Source: an uncultured Fidelibacterota bacterium (GTDB taxonomy: Bacteria; Fidelibacterota; Marinisomatia; Marinisomatales; Marinisomataceae). From it: a DNA stretch of 64,000 bases. Each line of letters opens with the position of its first letter. The first letter of the stretch is position 1. A program made the position numbers and the translations under genes. This document shows, in pieces, positions 27,620-38,752 of this stretch. The DNA is taken from positions 2,707 through 66,706 of the forward strand of contig CACHCR010000005.1 in assembly GCA_902578385.1 (NCBI GenBank), read 5' to 3'. The notes beneath the pieces were generated by a model, which was not told where the DNA came from, searched no databases, and saw only the letters and a list, made by a program, of their open reading frames with translations.

Positions 27620-29042
27620 AGTATTAAATACTATTTTAAATGAATCTATTGAACTCCCAGAAGTATTAGTTCAAGGCCTTACTAATAATTCCTTAAAAGT
27701 AAAAAAAGGATACATTTTTTTTGCTTTTAGAGGAGAAAATAATGATGGAAATGACTTTATTGAAGATGCATTTAAAAATGGAGCTTGCTTAGCGATTACT
27801 GATTCATATGAAGTTGAATCACAAAAAAATGTAATAAAAGTTGATGATGTTAGAACTGCAGCTGGCATCGCTTGCTCAAATTTTTACAATTTTCCGCAAA
27901 ACAAAGTAAGGTTGATAGGAATTACTGGTACGAATGGTAAAACATCAACATCAACCATTTTAAAAAGCATTTTAGATGCTGAAAATGAAAAGACTTTACA
28001 AATTGGAACAAGCGGAATAAAGCCTTCTTTAGATATGACTCCTGGTCTAACTACGCCAGATATTTTTGATTTGTATGAAATATTAAATCATGCAGTTAAT
28101 GAAGATTACAAAAATGTTATTTTAGAGGTTTCTTCACACGCATTATCACAAAGAAGAATAGAAAACATTTTTTTTGATATAACTGCATTTACAAATCTTA
28201 CACTTGATCATTTAGATTATCATAAGACAATGGATGAATATTTCAGTGAAAAGCTTAAACTTTTTAATTTAAATAAAGAAAATGGCTCTTCTGTTTTAAT
28301 GATTGATGATGAATATGGTAAGAGAATAGCTGAGTTAAATCCACATGCCAAATGTATTTCTCTTGAAACAAAAGATGCCGATTATTCTTGTGAAATATAT
28401 AGCATTAATAATTTAGGAATAACAGGTACTTTAATATGGGATTCCAAAACTTTAGACTTTGAATCTAAGCTTATTGGTTCATTTAATTTAGAAAACCTGA
28501 TTCTTGCTGCAAGCATTGCAATTGAGCTGAATATTTCAAAACAATATATTTCTGAAGGAATTAAAAATTGCACAAAAATAGATGGAAGACTTCATTTGGT
28601 TGAAAATAAAAGCAATCAAATGATATTTTTAGATTATGGACACTCTCCTGATGCATACTTAAAAGTATTAAAAACTCTAAAAGATAATTTTAATCATCCT
28701 TTGAAAGTTCTTTTTGGCGCTGGAGGTGGTAGAGATAAATCTAAAAGACCAAAAATGGCGGAAGTGGTTGAAAAATATTCTGCAGAATGTTATTTAGCAC
28801 CTGATAATCCTAGATTTGAAGACATTGAATCAATAAATGATGATGTAATAAATGGATTTTCTAATGAAAATTATCATTCTTTTAATGACAGAAAAGAAGC
28901 GCTTGAATTTGCTTTAAAAAATTTAAAGACAGATGAAATATTAATTATTTTTGGAAAAGGAACGGAAGAATATCAAGAAATTAATGGTGCGAAACATTTT
29001 TATTCTGATTGTGATATAATTAAAGAATTTTATGAGAATTGA
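27603..29042 (+). CDS. murE: UDP-MurNAc-tripeptide synthetase MurE (mDAP type)
   Basis: GTNGKTST, LTTPD, EVSSH, DHLDYH, DNPR motif. Confidence 0.96.
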   Translation: MIEINKVLNTILNESIELPEVLVQGLTNNSLKVKKGYIFFAFRGENNDGNDFIEDAFKNGACLAITDSYEVESQKNVIKVDDVRTAAGIACSNFYNFPQNKVRLIGITGTNGKTSTSTILKSILDAENEKTLQIGTSGIKPSLDMTPGLTTPDIFDLYEILNHAVNEDYKNVILEVSSHALSQRRIENIFFDITAFTNLTLDHLDYHKTMDEYFSEKLKLFNLNKENGSSVLMIDDEYGKRIAELNPHAKCISLETKDADYSCEIYSINNLGITGTLIWDSKTLDFESKLIGSFNLENLILAASIAIELNISKQYISEGIKNCTKIDGRLHLVENKSNQMIFLDYGHSPDAYLKVLKTLKDNFNHPLKVLFGAGGGRDKSKRPKMAEVVEKYSAECYLAPDNPRFEDIESINDDVINGFSNENYHSFNDRKEALEFALKNLKTDEILIIFGKGTEEYQEINGAKHFYSDCDIIKEFYEN

Positions 29043-30270
29043 TTTAAAAGAAAAAAACCATTTTTTAACAGTTTTTGAGACTTTTTTTAATCAATCTATT
29101 GATAGGCCAATAAATGGAATATCAATAGATAGTAGAAATATCAAAAAAAATGATTTATTTATTGCTATTAAAGGAGAAAATTTTGATGGAAATGATTTCG
29201 TTGATCAAGCCTTACAAAATGGTGCAAGCTATACGTTATCATCAAATAAAAATGAAAGCACTTATCATCTTTTAGTTGAAGATTTAAATATTTTTATAAA
29301 AGAGTTATCAATTAGCTGGTTGCAAAGTTTTGATGGAAAAATTGTAGGAATCACAGGCTCAAATGGTAAGACTACAACCAAGGATTTGATAGCACACTTG
29401 CTCCAATCAAAATTTAAAGTTGAAAAAACTTTAGGTAATTACAACACCTCAATAAGCGTTCCTTTATCAATTTTTTCTTTTTCTCTAGATTCTGAAATAT
29501 ATGTTTTGGAATTAGGAGCAAATAAAGTTGGAGATATACAATATTTATCCTCGATAGTCAAACCAGATTATGGAGTAATTACAAGTATTGCAGCAGCACA
29601 TCTTGATGGACTTGGTTCAATAGAAAATATTGAAAAAGAAAAAAAATCTATTTTATATCATTCAACTAAGGAATATAACTTCAATGAATTAAAGCCAAAT
29701 TCTTTAGCAATTAATTTTAAAGAACATAAAAGTAATATTTTTATAAAAAATTTAGAAATTGCTTCTCATGTTGCTAATGATATTTTTAAAGATTTTAATT
29801 TTCATGATTTGAATGGGGATTTACTAATTAATTGTTTAGAAAGTTTCAAAATGCCTCCAGGAAGAGGTGAAATCTTATCATTAAATAAAGTTAAAATTAT
29901 AGATGATTCGTATAATGCGAATCCAGAATCTGTTAGAGCGGCATTAGATCACCTGAGTTGTTTTGAAGAATATAGAAAATTTTTTGTTTTTGGAGATATG
30001 AAGGAGCTAGGAGATGATGAAGAGAATTTCCATACAGAAGTTGGTCAATATGCAGTTGAAAAAGCAGACATTTTATTTACTGTTGGCAAGTTAGCTAAAA
30101 ATGCACAATCTAATAGTAATAACTTTGCATTAAGCTTACATTTCAATGATAATTTTTCTTTATTAGAAAAGTTAAATGAACTTTTAACAGACGGAGACAT
30201 TGTTTTGATTAAGGGGTCCAGAAGTATGCAACTTGATCAATTAATTAATGAATTAAAAAATGTTAAATGA
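29032..30270 (+). CDS. murF: MurF D-Ala-D-Ala adding ligase
   Basis: ITGSNGKTTTKD, DDSYNANPES, GDMKELG, KGSR. Confidence 0.95.
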   Translation: MRIDLKEKNHFLTVFETFFNQSIDRPINGISIDSRNIKKNDLFIAIKGENFDGNDFVDQALQNGASYTLSSNKNESTYHLLVEDLNIFIKELSISWLQSFDGKIVGITGSNGKTTTKDLIAHLLQSKFKVEKTLGNYNTSISVPLSIFSFSLDSEIYVLELGANKVGDIQYLSSIVKPDYGVITSIAAAHLDGLGSIENIEKEKKSILYHSTKEYNFNELKPNSLAINFKEHKSNIFIKNLEIASHVANDIFKDFNFHDLNGDLLINCLESFKMPPGRGEILSLNKVKIIDDSYNANPESVRAALDHLSCFEEYRKFFVFGDMKELGDDEENFHTEVGQYAVEKADILFTVGKLAKNAQSNSNNFALSLHFNDNFSLLEKLNELLTDGDIVLIKGSRSMQLDQLINELKNVK

Positions 30271-31369
30271 ACTATTGATACCACTAAGAGACTATTTTGG
30301 TTTCTTAAATCTTTTTGAGTATATCACTTTTAGAGCTGGGGCTAGTGCAATTTTAGCACTATTAATTAGTTTTATATTTGGACCATTTGTAGTAAGAAAA
30401 CTAATTAATCTTCAAATTGGTGAATCAATAAGGGATCATGGCCCTGATTCTCACAAAGAAAAGCAGGGTACACCTACGATGGGTGGTGTTATAATTATTT
30501 TATCAACAATTATTCCAACAATTCTATTAGCAGATTTAAATAATTTATTTATTCAAATAATTTGCTTATCAATGGTTTGGATGGGTTTAGTTGGTTTTTA
30601 TGACGATTATTTAAAAGTAGTTAAGAAAAGTAAAGATGGTTTAAGTGGAAGGTATAAATTGCTTGCTCAAACTATTCTTGGAGTTTTTATATCATATTTA
30701 TTAATTAATTCAAATGTATATGGAGACTACACTCTTTTAACTTTTGTTCCTTTTTTAAAAAATGTTTCCATTAATTTCTTTTATCCTATCATTTATGCTG
30801 TTTTTATTATTTTAGTTGTTTCAGCTACTTCAAATGCAGTAAATCTTACTGATGGTCTGGATGGCTTAGCTGCCGGGTTATTAGCTATTTCTGTGAGTGT
30901 ATTTGGTGTAATTGCATATATATCAGGAAGGGTTGATTTTACCGACTACTTATACATCGCTTATTTACCATTAGCTAGTGAACTTACAATTTTTGCCACT
31001 GCGTTTTTTGGTGGATGTCTTGGCTTCTTATGGTTTAATGCAAAGCCTGCAGAGATTTTTATGGGAGATGTAGGATCTTTGTCAACAGGAGCTGCATTGG
31101 GAACATTAGCAATTCTTCTTAAGAAAGAAGTATTATTATTAATTGTTGGAGGAGTTTTTGTAATAGAAACATTATCTGTAATTATTCAAGTTTTATATTT
31201 TAGATATACCAAAAATAAATATGGTGAAGGTAAAAAATTCTTTCTAATGGCACCTATTCACCATCATTTTGAACTCAAAGGTTGGCCCGAATCAAGAGTC
31301 GTTACTAGATTTTGGATCATAGGCATACTTTTTGCTTTAATGTCTTTGACTACCTTCAAAGTTAGATAA
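30260..31369 (+). CDS. mraY: Phospho-MurNAc-pentapeptide transferase
   Basis: KQGTPTMGG, DDYLK, NAVNLTDGLDGL, FMGDVGS, MAPIHHHFE. Confidence 0.98.
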   Translation: MLNELLIPLRDYFGFLNLFEYITFRAGASAILALLISFIFGPFVVRKLINLQIGESIRDHGPDSHKEKQGTPTMGGVIIILSTIIPTILLADLNNLFIQIICLSMVWMGLVGFYDDYLKVVKKSKDGLSGRYKLLAQTILGVFISYLLINSNVYGDYTLLTFVPFLKNVSINFFYPIIYAVFIILVVSATSNAVNLTDGLDGLAAGLLAISVSVFGVIAYISGRVDFTDYLYIAYLPLASELTIFATAFFGGCLGFLWFNAKPAEIFMGDVGSLSTGAALGTLAILLKKEVLLLIVGGVFVIETLSVIIQVLYFRYTKNKYGEGKKFFLMAPIHHHFELKGWPESRVVTRFWIIGILFALMSLTTFKVR

Positions 31370-31370
31370 G

Positions 31371-33164
31371 ATGAGAAGACAAACTTTAAGTGTTAAAATA
31401 GGCAAGGTCTTTATTGGCAGTGAACATAGTATAAAGACCCAATCTATGACAACAGCATCAACTATGGATACCAATCAAAGTGTTGATGAAGCAATAAGAA
31501 TTATCAAGGCTGGCGGAAAACTAGTAAGATTTACAGCTCCGAACATTAATGAAGCAAAAAACTTATTAAATATTAAAAATGCTTTGGTTGAAAAAGGCTA
31601 TGATCATCCTTTAGTTGCCGATATTCATTTTACACCAAATGCTGCATTAGAAGCATCAAAAATAGTAGAAAAAGTAAGAATTAATCCTGGAAATTATGTT
31701 GATAAGAAAAAATTTGAAGTGAAAGAGTATGATGATGCATCTTATCAAGATGAGCTATTAAAGATTGAAGAAAAGTTTATTCCTTTAATTAATTCTTGTA
31801 AACAGAATGATGTAGCTATGAGAATTGGTACCAATCATGGATCATTGTCTGATAGAATAATGAATAGATTTGGCGATACTCCTCTTGGAATGGTTGAATC
31901 GGCAATGGAATTTTTAAGGATTTGCAAGCAAAATGATTATGATCAAATTGTTTTATCAATGAAGTCAAGTAATCCAATTGTAATGATTCATGCATACAGA
32001 TTACTTGTTAAATCTATGGAAGATGAAAACATGCATTATCCGCTTCATTTAGGAGTTACAGAAGCAGGAGATGGGCTAGATGGAAGAATAAAGTCTGCAT
32101 TAGGTATAGGAACTTTATTAACAGAAGGAATAGGAGATACTATTCGAGTCTCACTGACTGAAGATCCTGAATTTGAAATTCCTGCAGCTGAAAAAATTCT
32201 TGAAAAAATTGATAGTTTTTCTAAAAAAGTAAGACTCAAGAATACTAATAAAAGAGCTTTTTCATTTTTTAAAAGAGAAACTGAATCTATCGAAAATGTT
32301 GGAGATAAAAATCCACCTATTGTGATTTCAAATAATCCAAATGATTTTGAAGGAAATTTTCCAGATTATTTATTTGTAAATGATATCAGTAATTTAGATG
32401 ATTCAAAAAAGTATATTATTGAAGCAAAAGATTGGAATAAAAATTTTTCAAAAAATATTTTTCCATATTTTAATTCTCTTAAAGATTTTAGAAAATCTGA
32501 ATCAGTATCAGATATTTTAAATTTTGTCGAGATAGATTTATCAAAGGTAAAGAATACTATTATGCAAACATTTTCAAATAATGTTGTTATAGTTTTAGAT
32601 GTAGATAATAATAGAAGACATGATATTTTAAGTGCTTTTAATTTTTTTGAAGAAAAACGAATAAAAATACCAGTTATTTTAAGAGGAAATTATCAAAGTT
32701 CAGACTTTGAGAAAGTTGCAATAGATGCTTCAATTGATTTAGGTTCAATTTTATTAGAAGGAATGGGCAATGGAATATGGATTCAAGCAATGGATTTTGA
32801 ACCAAAAATAAATGAACTTTCATTTCTTATATTGCAAAATACTAGAACTAGAATTTTTAAGACTGATTATATATCATGTCCTTCATGCGGAAGAACAAAA
32901 TTTGATTTACAAGAAACAACAGCTTTAGTTAAAAAACATACAAATCATTTAAAAGGATTAAAAATTTCAGTAATGGGTTGTATTGTTAATGGACCAGGGG
33001 AAATGGCAGATGCAGACTATGGTTATGTTGGATCTGGAGATGGTATAATATCACTTTATAAGGGTAAAGAATTAGTTAAAAGAAACATTTCTAGTGAAGA
33101 TGCTGTGGATGAATTGATACTCTTAATCAAAGAAAATGACGATTGGGTCGATCCTAAAAATTAA
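31371..33164 (+). CDS. ispG: HMBPP synthase IspG, long three-domain form
   Basis: QSMTT, ADIHF, RINPGN, RIGTNHGSL, HLGVTEAG, SCPSCGR, MGCIVNGPGE. Confidence 0.97.
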   Translation: MRRQTLSVKIGKVFIGSEHSIKTQSMTTASTMDTNQSVDEAIRIIKAGGKLVRFTAPNINEAKNLLNIKNALVEKGYDHPLVADIHFTPNAALEASKIVEKVRINPGNYVDKKKFEVKEYDDASYQDELLKIEEKFIPLINSCKQNDVAMRIGTNHGSLSDRIMNRFGDTPLGMVESAMEFLRICKQNDYDQIVLSMKSSNPIVMIHAYRLLVKSMEDENMHYPLHLGVTEAGDGLDGRIKSALGIGTLLTEGIGDTIRVSLTEDPEFEIPAAEKILEKIDSFSKKVRLKNTNKRAFSFFKRETESIENVGDKNPPIVISNNPNDFEGNFPDYLFVNDISNLDDSKKYIIEAKDWNKNFSKNIFPYFNSLKDFRKSESVSDILNFVEIDLSKVKNTIMQTFSNNVVIVLDVDNNRRHDILSAFNFFEEKRIKIPVILRGNYQSSDFEKVAIDASIDLGSILLEGMGNGIWIQAMDFEPKINELSFLILQNTRTRIFKTDYISCPSCGRTKFDLQETTALVKKHTNHLKGLKISVMGCIVNGPGEMADADYGYVGSGDGIISLYKGKELVKRNISSEDAVDELILLIKENDDWVDPKN

Positions 33165-33209
33165 CTTACATTGCTTGAACAATTAAACTTTTATGTGTAA
33201 AGTCCTTTG

Positions 33210-34256
33210 ATGGGGTTAGAAAACTATATACCAGCAAACTTATTGCTTTGGATTGAACCAATTGTTACAATCTTTTTAGGGATTGTTTTAGGATTATTTT
33301 TTAAAAAATTTCTAGTTTCTAGGTTAAAATCTTTATCAGAAAAAAACAATTGGCGGAGTGATGATGTAGTCATAAATGCAATTGATTCAGTAATTGTGTT
33401 TTGGTTTTTCTTAGCCTTTTCTTCAATGGCTATTGGAAACTCAAATCTTCCTGGTCCTGAAGATATCTACCAAAAAATTATATCAGCTTTTCTAATTATT
33501 TCTATTAGTTTTACTGCTTCAAAGGTTGTTTTAGGATTATTAGATATTTGGTCTCAGACAAATAAATCACTTCCTTCAACTGGTATTTTTAAAGGCTTAA
33601 CAAATGTTGCAATATTCTCAATTGGAATATTATTTATTCTACAATCTTTTGGTATATCGATTACTCCTCTAATTACAGCTCTTGGTGTTGGAGGTTTAGC
33701 AGTTTCATTAGCTTTAAAGGATACATTATCTGATTTATTTGGTGGAATTAACATTCTTCTGAGTAAAACAATGCAAGAAGGTGATTACGTTCAGCTTGAT
33801 AATGGTTACCAAGGATATGTTGAAAATGTAGGTTGGAGATATACTACAATCCGTGAAAGAGCTAATAATATAATTTCTATTCCAAATTCTGTGCTTTCAG
33901 GTTCAATTTCTAAGAATTTTTCTTCTATGGATTCAGCTTTTAGGGTTCCTATTCAAATTGGAGTTTCATATGATAGTGACTTAGATCATGTTGAAAAAGT
34001 AGCTCTTGAAGTAGCAAATGAAATATATGAAGAACTTGATTGTGTAAGTAAATCATATAAACCAGCAATTAGATTTAGAGAGTTTGCTGATTCCAGCGTT
34101 AATTTTTTCATTTATTTTCAAGGAAAAAATTTTGGAGATCATAATACTATTCTTAATAGTTACATCAAAAAACTTCATAAGAGATTTAAGGAAGAAAAGA
34201 TTGATATTCCTTACCCAATAAGAACTCTTATTCACAAGAATGAAATTAAGGATTAA
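33210..34256 (+). CDS. MscS-family mechanosensitive channel
   Basis: LGVGGLAVSLALKDTL, IPNS, IGVSYDSD, IDIPYP. Confidence 0.93.
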   Translation: MGLENYIPANLLLWIEPIVTIFLGIVLGLFFKKFLVSRLKSLSEKNNWRSDDVVINAIDSVIVFWFFLAFSSMAIGNSNLPGPEDIYQKIISAFLIISISFTASKVVLGLLDIWSQTNKSLPSTGIFKGLTNVAIFSIGILFILQSFGISITPLITALGVGGLAVSLALKDTLSDLFGGINILLSKTMQEGDYVQLDNGYQGYVENVGWRYTTIRERANNIISIPNSVLSGSISKNFSSMDSAFRVPIQIGVSYDSDLDHVEKVALEVANEIYEELDCVSKSYKPAIRFREFADSSVNFFIYFQGKNFGDHNTILNSYIKKLHKRFKEEKIDIPYPIRTLIHKNEIKD

Positions 34257-34677
34257 AGCTTTCAATAAAAGAGCTCAAGAGCTCTATGAAAATCATTCAC
34301 ACTTTCACGCAGGAGATGCAGGGTTAGACTTATTTGTTATCGAAGATCAAGTCATACCTGCAAAAAGTACACATCCTATTCCATTGCAAATAGCGTGTGA
34401 AAACGTTGATAATAAAGCATACTATTTATTTCCAAGATCAAGTATTTCTAAGACTCCATTAAGGTTAGCTAATTCAATAGGTTTGATTGATGGCGGATAT
34501 AGAGGAGAACTGGTTGGAATGGTTGATAATATTTATGATGAAGATTTTCATATTAAAAGAGGAGAAAGATATTTTCAGCTCGTAGCTGTTGATAGTTCTC
34601 CAATAGAGTTTGAACTAGTTACAGAATTATCGGAATCAAGCCGTGGAGAGGGTGGATTCGGAAGCACTGGCAGATAA
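34240..34677 (+). CDS. dut: Trimeric dUTPase
   Basis: AGLDL, PRSS, GLIDGGYRGE, RGEGGFGSTG. Confidence 0.96.
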   Translation: MKLRIKAFNKRAQELYENHSHFHAGDAGLDLFVIEDQVIPAKSTHPIPLQIACENVDNKAYYLFPRSSISKTPLRLANSIGLIDGGYRGELVGMVDNIYDEDFHIKRGERYFQLVAVDSSPIEFELVTELSESSRGEGGFGSTGR

Positions 34678-34776
34678 TTAATATTTCATTTGTTATTCTA
34701 AATACTAAATTTTAAAATTACCGTGCGAAAATAAGTAAATATGACATTTTTGCATATAAAAGCATTAAAATGCAAG

Positions 34777-34793
34777 TTGGCATGTTTTTTGCA
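34777..34793 (+). promoter_or_regulatory. Sigma54-type -24/-12 promoter of groESL
   Basis: TTGGCATGTTTTTTGCA, exact GG-N10-GC spacing, 41 nt upstream of groES ATG. Confidence 0.7.
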
Positions 34794-34834
34794 ATAATTA
34801 TTATAAAATTATTTAATAAAAAAAGGATAAAAAA

Positions 34835-35125
34835 ATGTCTTTAAAAATTAAACCACTCGAAGATAGAGTAGTTGTTGAAGCAATGGCTGCTGATGAAACA
34901 ACAGCCAGTGGTATTATACTTCCAGATACTGCTCAGGAAAAACCACAGCAAGGAACTGTTGTTGTAGTTGGTCCCGGAAAAAATAATGAAGATGGTACTA
35001 CAGGCGCTATGAATGTTAAGGCTGGTGATGTAGTATTATATGGTAAATATTCAGGTACAGAAATCACCTATGAGGGCAAAGATTTGCTCATCATGAGAGA
35101 GAGTGATATTCTGGCAATTTTATAA
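34835..35125 (+). CDS. groES: Co-chaperonin GroES
   Basis: [29 protein letters not shown]. Confidence 0.99.
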   Translation: MSLKIKPLEDRVVVEAMAADETTASGIILPDTAQEKPQQGTVVVVGPGKNNEDGTTGAMNVKAGDVVLYGKYSGTEITYEGKDLLIMRESDILAIL

Positions 35126-35135
35126 GGAGGAATAA

Positions 35136-36779
<1,644 letters not shown>

Positions 36780-36806
36780 TGATCACAGTTTTCTGTGAAA
36801 TTAAAT

Positions 36807-36840
36807 ACAAAAAACCCTCTATTTTGAGGGTTTTTTGTTT
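36807..36840 (+). terminator. Rho-independent terminator after groEL (probably bidirectional)
   Basis: ACAAAAAACCCTC-TATTTT-GAGGGTTTTTTGT. Confidence 0.9.
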
Positions 36841-36879
36841 GTAAAATATCAATATGTTTAAAATAAGTTTAATTACTTT

Positions 36880-37392
36880 ATGATGATTGAAGAAAAAGTT
36901 TACTTATCTATTGGCTCAAATATTGGAGATAGAGAATCAAATATAGCTTCATCAATTGCTATGCTAGGTTCATATATTGAAATATCAAAAATAAGATCAT
37001 CCTCTTTTTATGAAACTGAGCCTTTATATAACGAAGATCAACCAGCTTTTTTAAATATAGTTTTAGAGATTGAAACTTCCTTAACACCTTTTAAACTTTT
37101 AGATAAGATTAGAGAAATTGAAAAAATGCTTGGTAGGGAAGAAAAAAGAATAAAAAATCAACCTAGAACCATTGATATAGACATAGTAATTTTTAAAGAT
37201 AGTTTTATAGATACTTCTGAATTGCAAATACCTCATCCTGGAGCTTTATTAAGAAATTTTGTATTAATTCCATTAGCTGAACTTATACCAAATGAATTTT
37301 TTCCTAAAACTAACGTTAAAATTGTTGATTTACTTAAAAAGTGTCCTGATACTTCAGTAGTTCAAAAATACATAATCAATAAAAAAGCATGA
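36880..37392 (+). CDS. folK: HPPK folate biosynthesis kinase
   Basis: YLSIGSNIGDR, YETEP, PRTIDIDI, IPHP. Confidence 0.95.
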   Translation: MMIEEKVYLSIGSNIGDRESNIASSIAMLGSYIEISKIRSSSFYETEPLYNEDQPAFLNIVLEIETSLTPFKLLDKIREIEKMLGREEKRIKNQPRTIDIDIVIFKDSFIDTSELQIPHPGALLRNFVLIPLAELIPNEFFPKTNVKIVDLLKKCPDTSVVQKYIINKKA

Positions 37393-38030
37393 AAGAGTTA
37401 GATATATATATTGCAATTGAGGGACCTATAGGAGTTGGTAAAACAAGTCTCGCTGAATTGATTGCAGATAAATTAAATGCAAGAAAAGTTTTCGAAAAAT
37501 TTGAAGAAAATCCGTTCCTAAAAGACTTTTATGATGATCCAGAGTCAAATGCATTTCAAACTCAAATATTTTTCCTTCTTCAAAGATACCAACAGCAACA
37601 AAAAGATATAAGACAATTAAATGTGTTACAAAAAGGAGTAGTCACCGACTATATGTTTGAAAAAGATAGATTATTTGCTGATTTTACTCTTAATTCTGAA
37701 GCTGAGTTTAAGCTTTATTCGCATGTTGCTGACATTTTTGAGAAAGATATTGTTAAACCTGATTTAGTTGTCTATTTACAAGCTGATACCCCTAGATTAA
37801 TGAAAAATATTAAAAAAAGAGGTAGAGATTTTGAGAAGCATGTTACTCAAGATTATATTAACCAGGTTAATGAAAGATATCAGGAATTTTTTGTCAATTA
37901 TGAGGAAGGACCATTGCTAATAATTAATACAAATAATATAGATTTTGTTGAAAATTCAGAAGATTTTGATAATTTGTTAAACGAAATACATAAGCCACAT
38001 CAAGGAATAAAATATTTCAATCCATCTTGA
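37389..38030 (+). CDS. Deoxynucleoside kinase
   Basis: IAIEGPIGVGKTSL, ENPFL.DFY, PDLVVYL, IKKRGRDFE. Confidence 0.93.
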   Translation: MKELDIYIAIEGPIGVGKTSLAELIADKLNARKVFEKFEENPFLKDFYDDPESNAFQTQIFFLLQRYQQQQKDIRQLNVLQKGVVTDYMFEKDRLFADFTLNSEAEFKLYSHVADIFEKDIVKPDLVVYLQADTPRLMKNIKKRGRDFEKHVTQDYINQVNERYQEFFVNYEEGPLLIINTNNIDFVENSEDFDNLLNEIHKPHQGIKYFNPS

Positions 38031-38031
38031 T

Positions 38032-38175
38032 ATGTTAAAGTATTTAATAGCAATTTTAGTTTTATGGATGATTTATAGGTTTTCGAAAAAAAATCAAGAT
38101 GAAATCATTATCAATAAAGATACAAAAATAGATTTTAAAAAGGTGAAAGATGCAGAATTTGAAGATAATGAATAA
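38032..38175 (+). CDS. Small single-TM protein (47 aa), missing from ORF track
   Basis: MLKYLIAILVLWMIYRFSKK...VKDAEFEDNE*; fills the gap exactly and overlaps the next ATG. Confidence 0.7.
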   Translation: MLKYLIAILVLWMIYRFSKKNQDEIIINKDTKIDFKKVKDAEFEDNE

Positions 38176-38752
38176 AGCTATATTTCTATTATTAATTGCA
38201 TTAACTGTTGGTTCTTTAAACGCTCAAGATAAAATACAAAATATTAATTTTTTATTTGCGAATAATGGATATGGTTTTGGTTACGAATATGAAAAATTTC
38301 GTAAATCAAATGTTTCAATTGGTCTTGATTTAAGGTTTTATGATATAAGGAATGATGAATTTCCAATTTATGATCCTTTCTACAATCAGTTTACAGTTGC
38401 TGGAGAGAAAGATATATTATTATTCCCCTTATTTTTTAAAACAAATTATTATTTATTTGATGGCCAAATAGCAAACAGTTTTAGGCCATATATTACTTTT
38501 TCAGTTGGTCCTTTTATAGCTGTAGATGGCGATGAAACAATTTCAAGTTTTTCAAAAAAATGGGGAAGCACAGAGTCGCAAACTAATCTAGGTGCATCTT
38601 TAGGCTTTGGTGTTAATTTTTCGCAACCTTCTGGCAATACTTTGTCGCTAGGACTTGGTTATGATTATCTAAATGTTGAGAAATCAATACATTCAAAAGA
38701 AGACTTTGGCGGTGGATACCTATTTTTAAAATATCAAATTAATCGTGAGTAA
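38168..38752 (+). CDS. Putative small outer-membrane beta-barrel protein
   Basis: Signal peptide from ATG 38168, alternating Gly/aromatic strands (RPYITFSVG, LGFGVNF, LGLGYDY). Confidence 0.7.
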   Translation: MNKAIFLLLIALTVGSLNAQDKIQNINFLFANNGYGFGYEYEKFRKSNVSIGLDLRFYDIRNDEFPIYDPFYNQFTVAGEKDILLFPLFFKTNYYLFDGQIANSFRPYITFSVGPFIAVDGDETISSFSKKWGSTESQTNLGASLGFGVNFSQPSGNTLSLGLGYDYLNVEKSIHSKEDFGGGYLFLKYQINRE

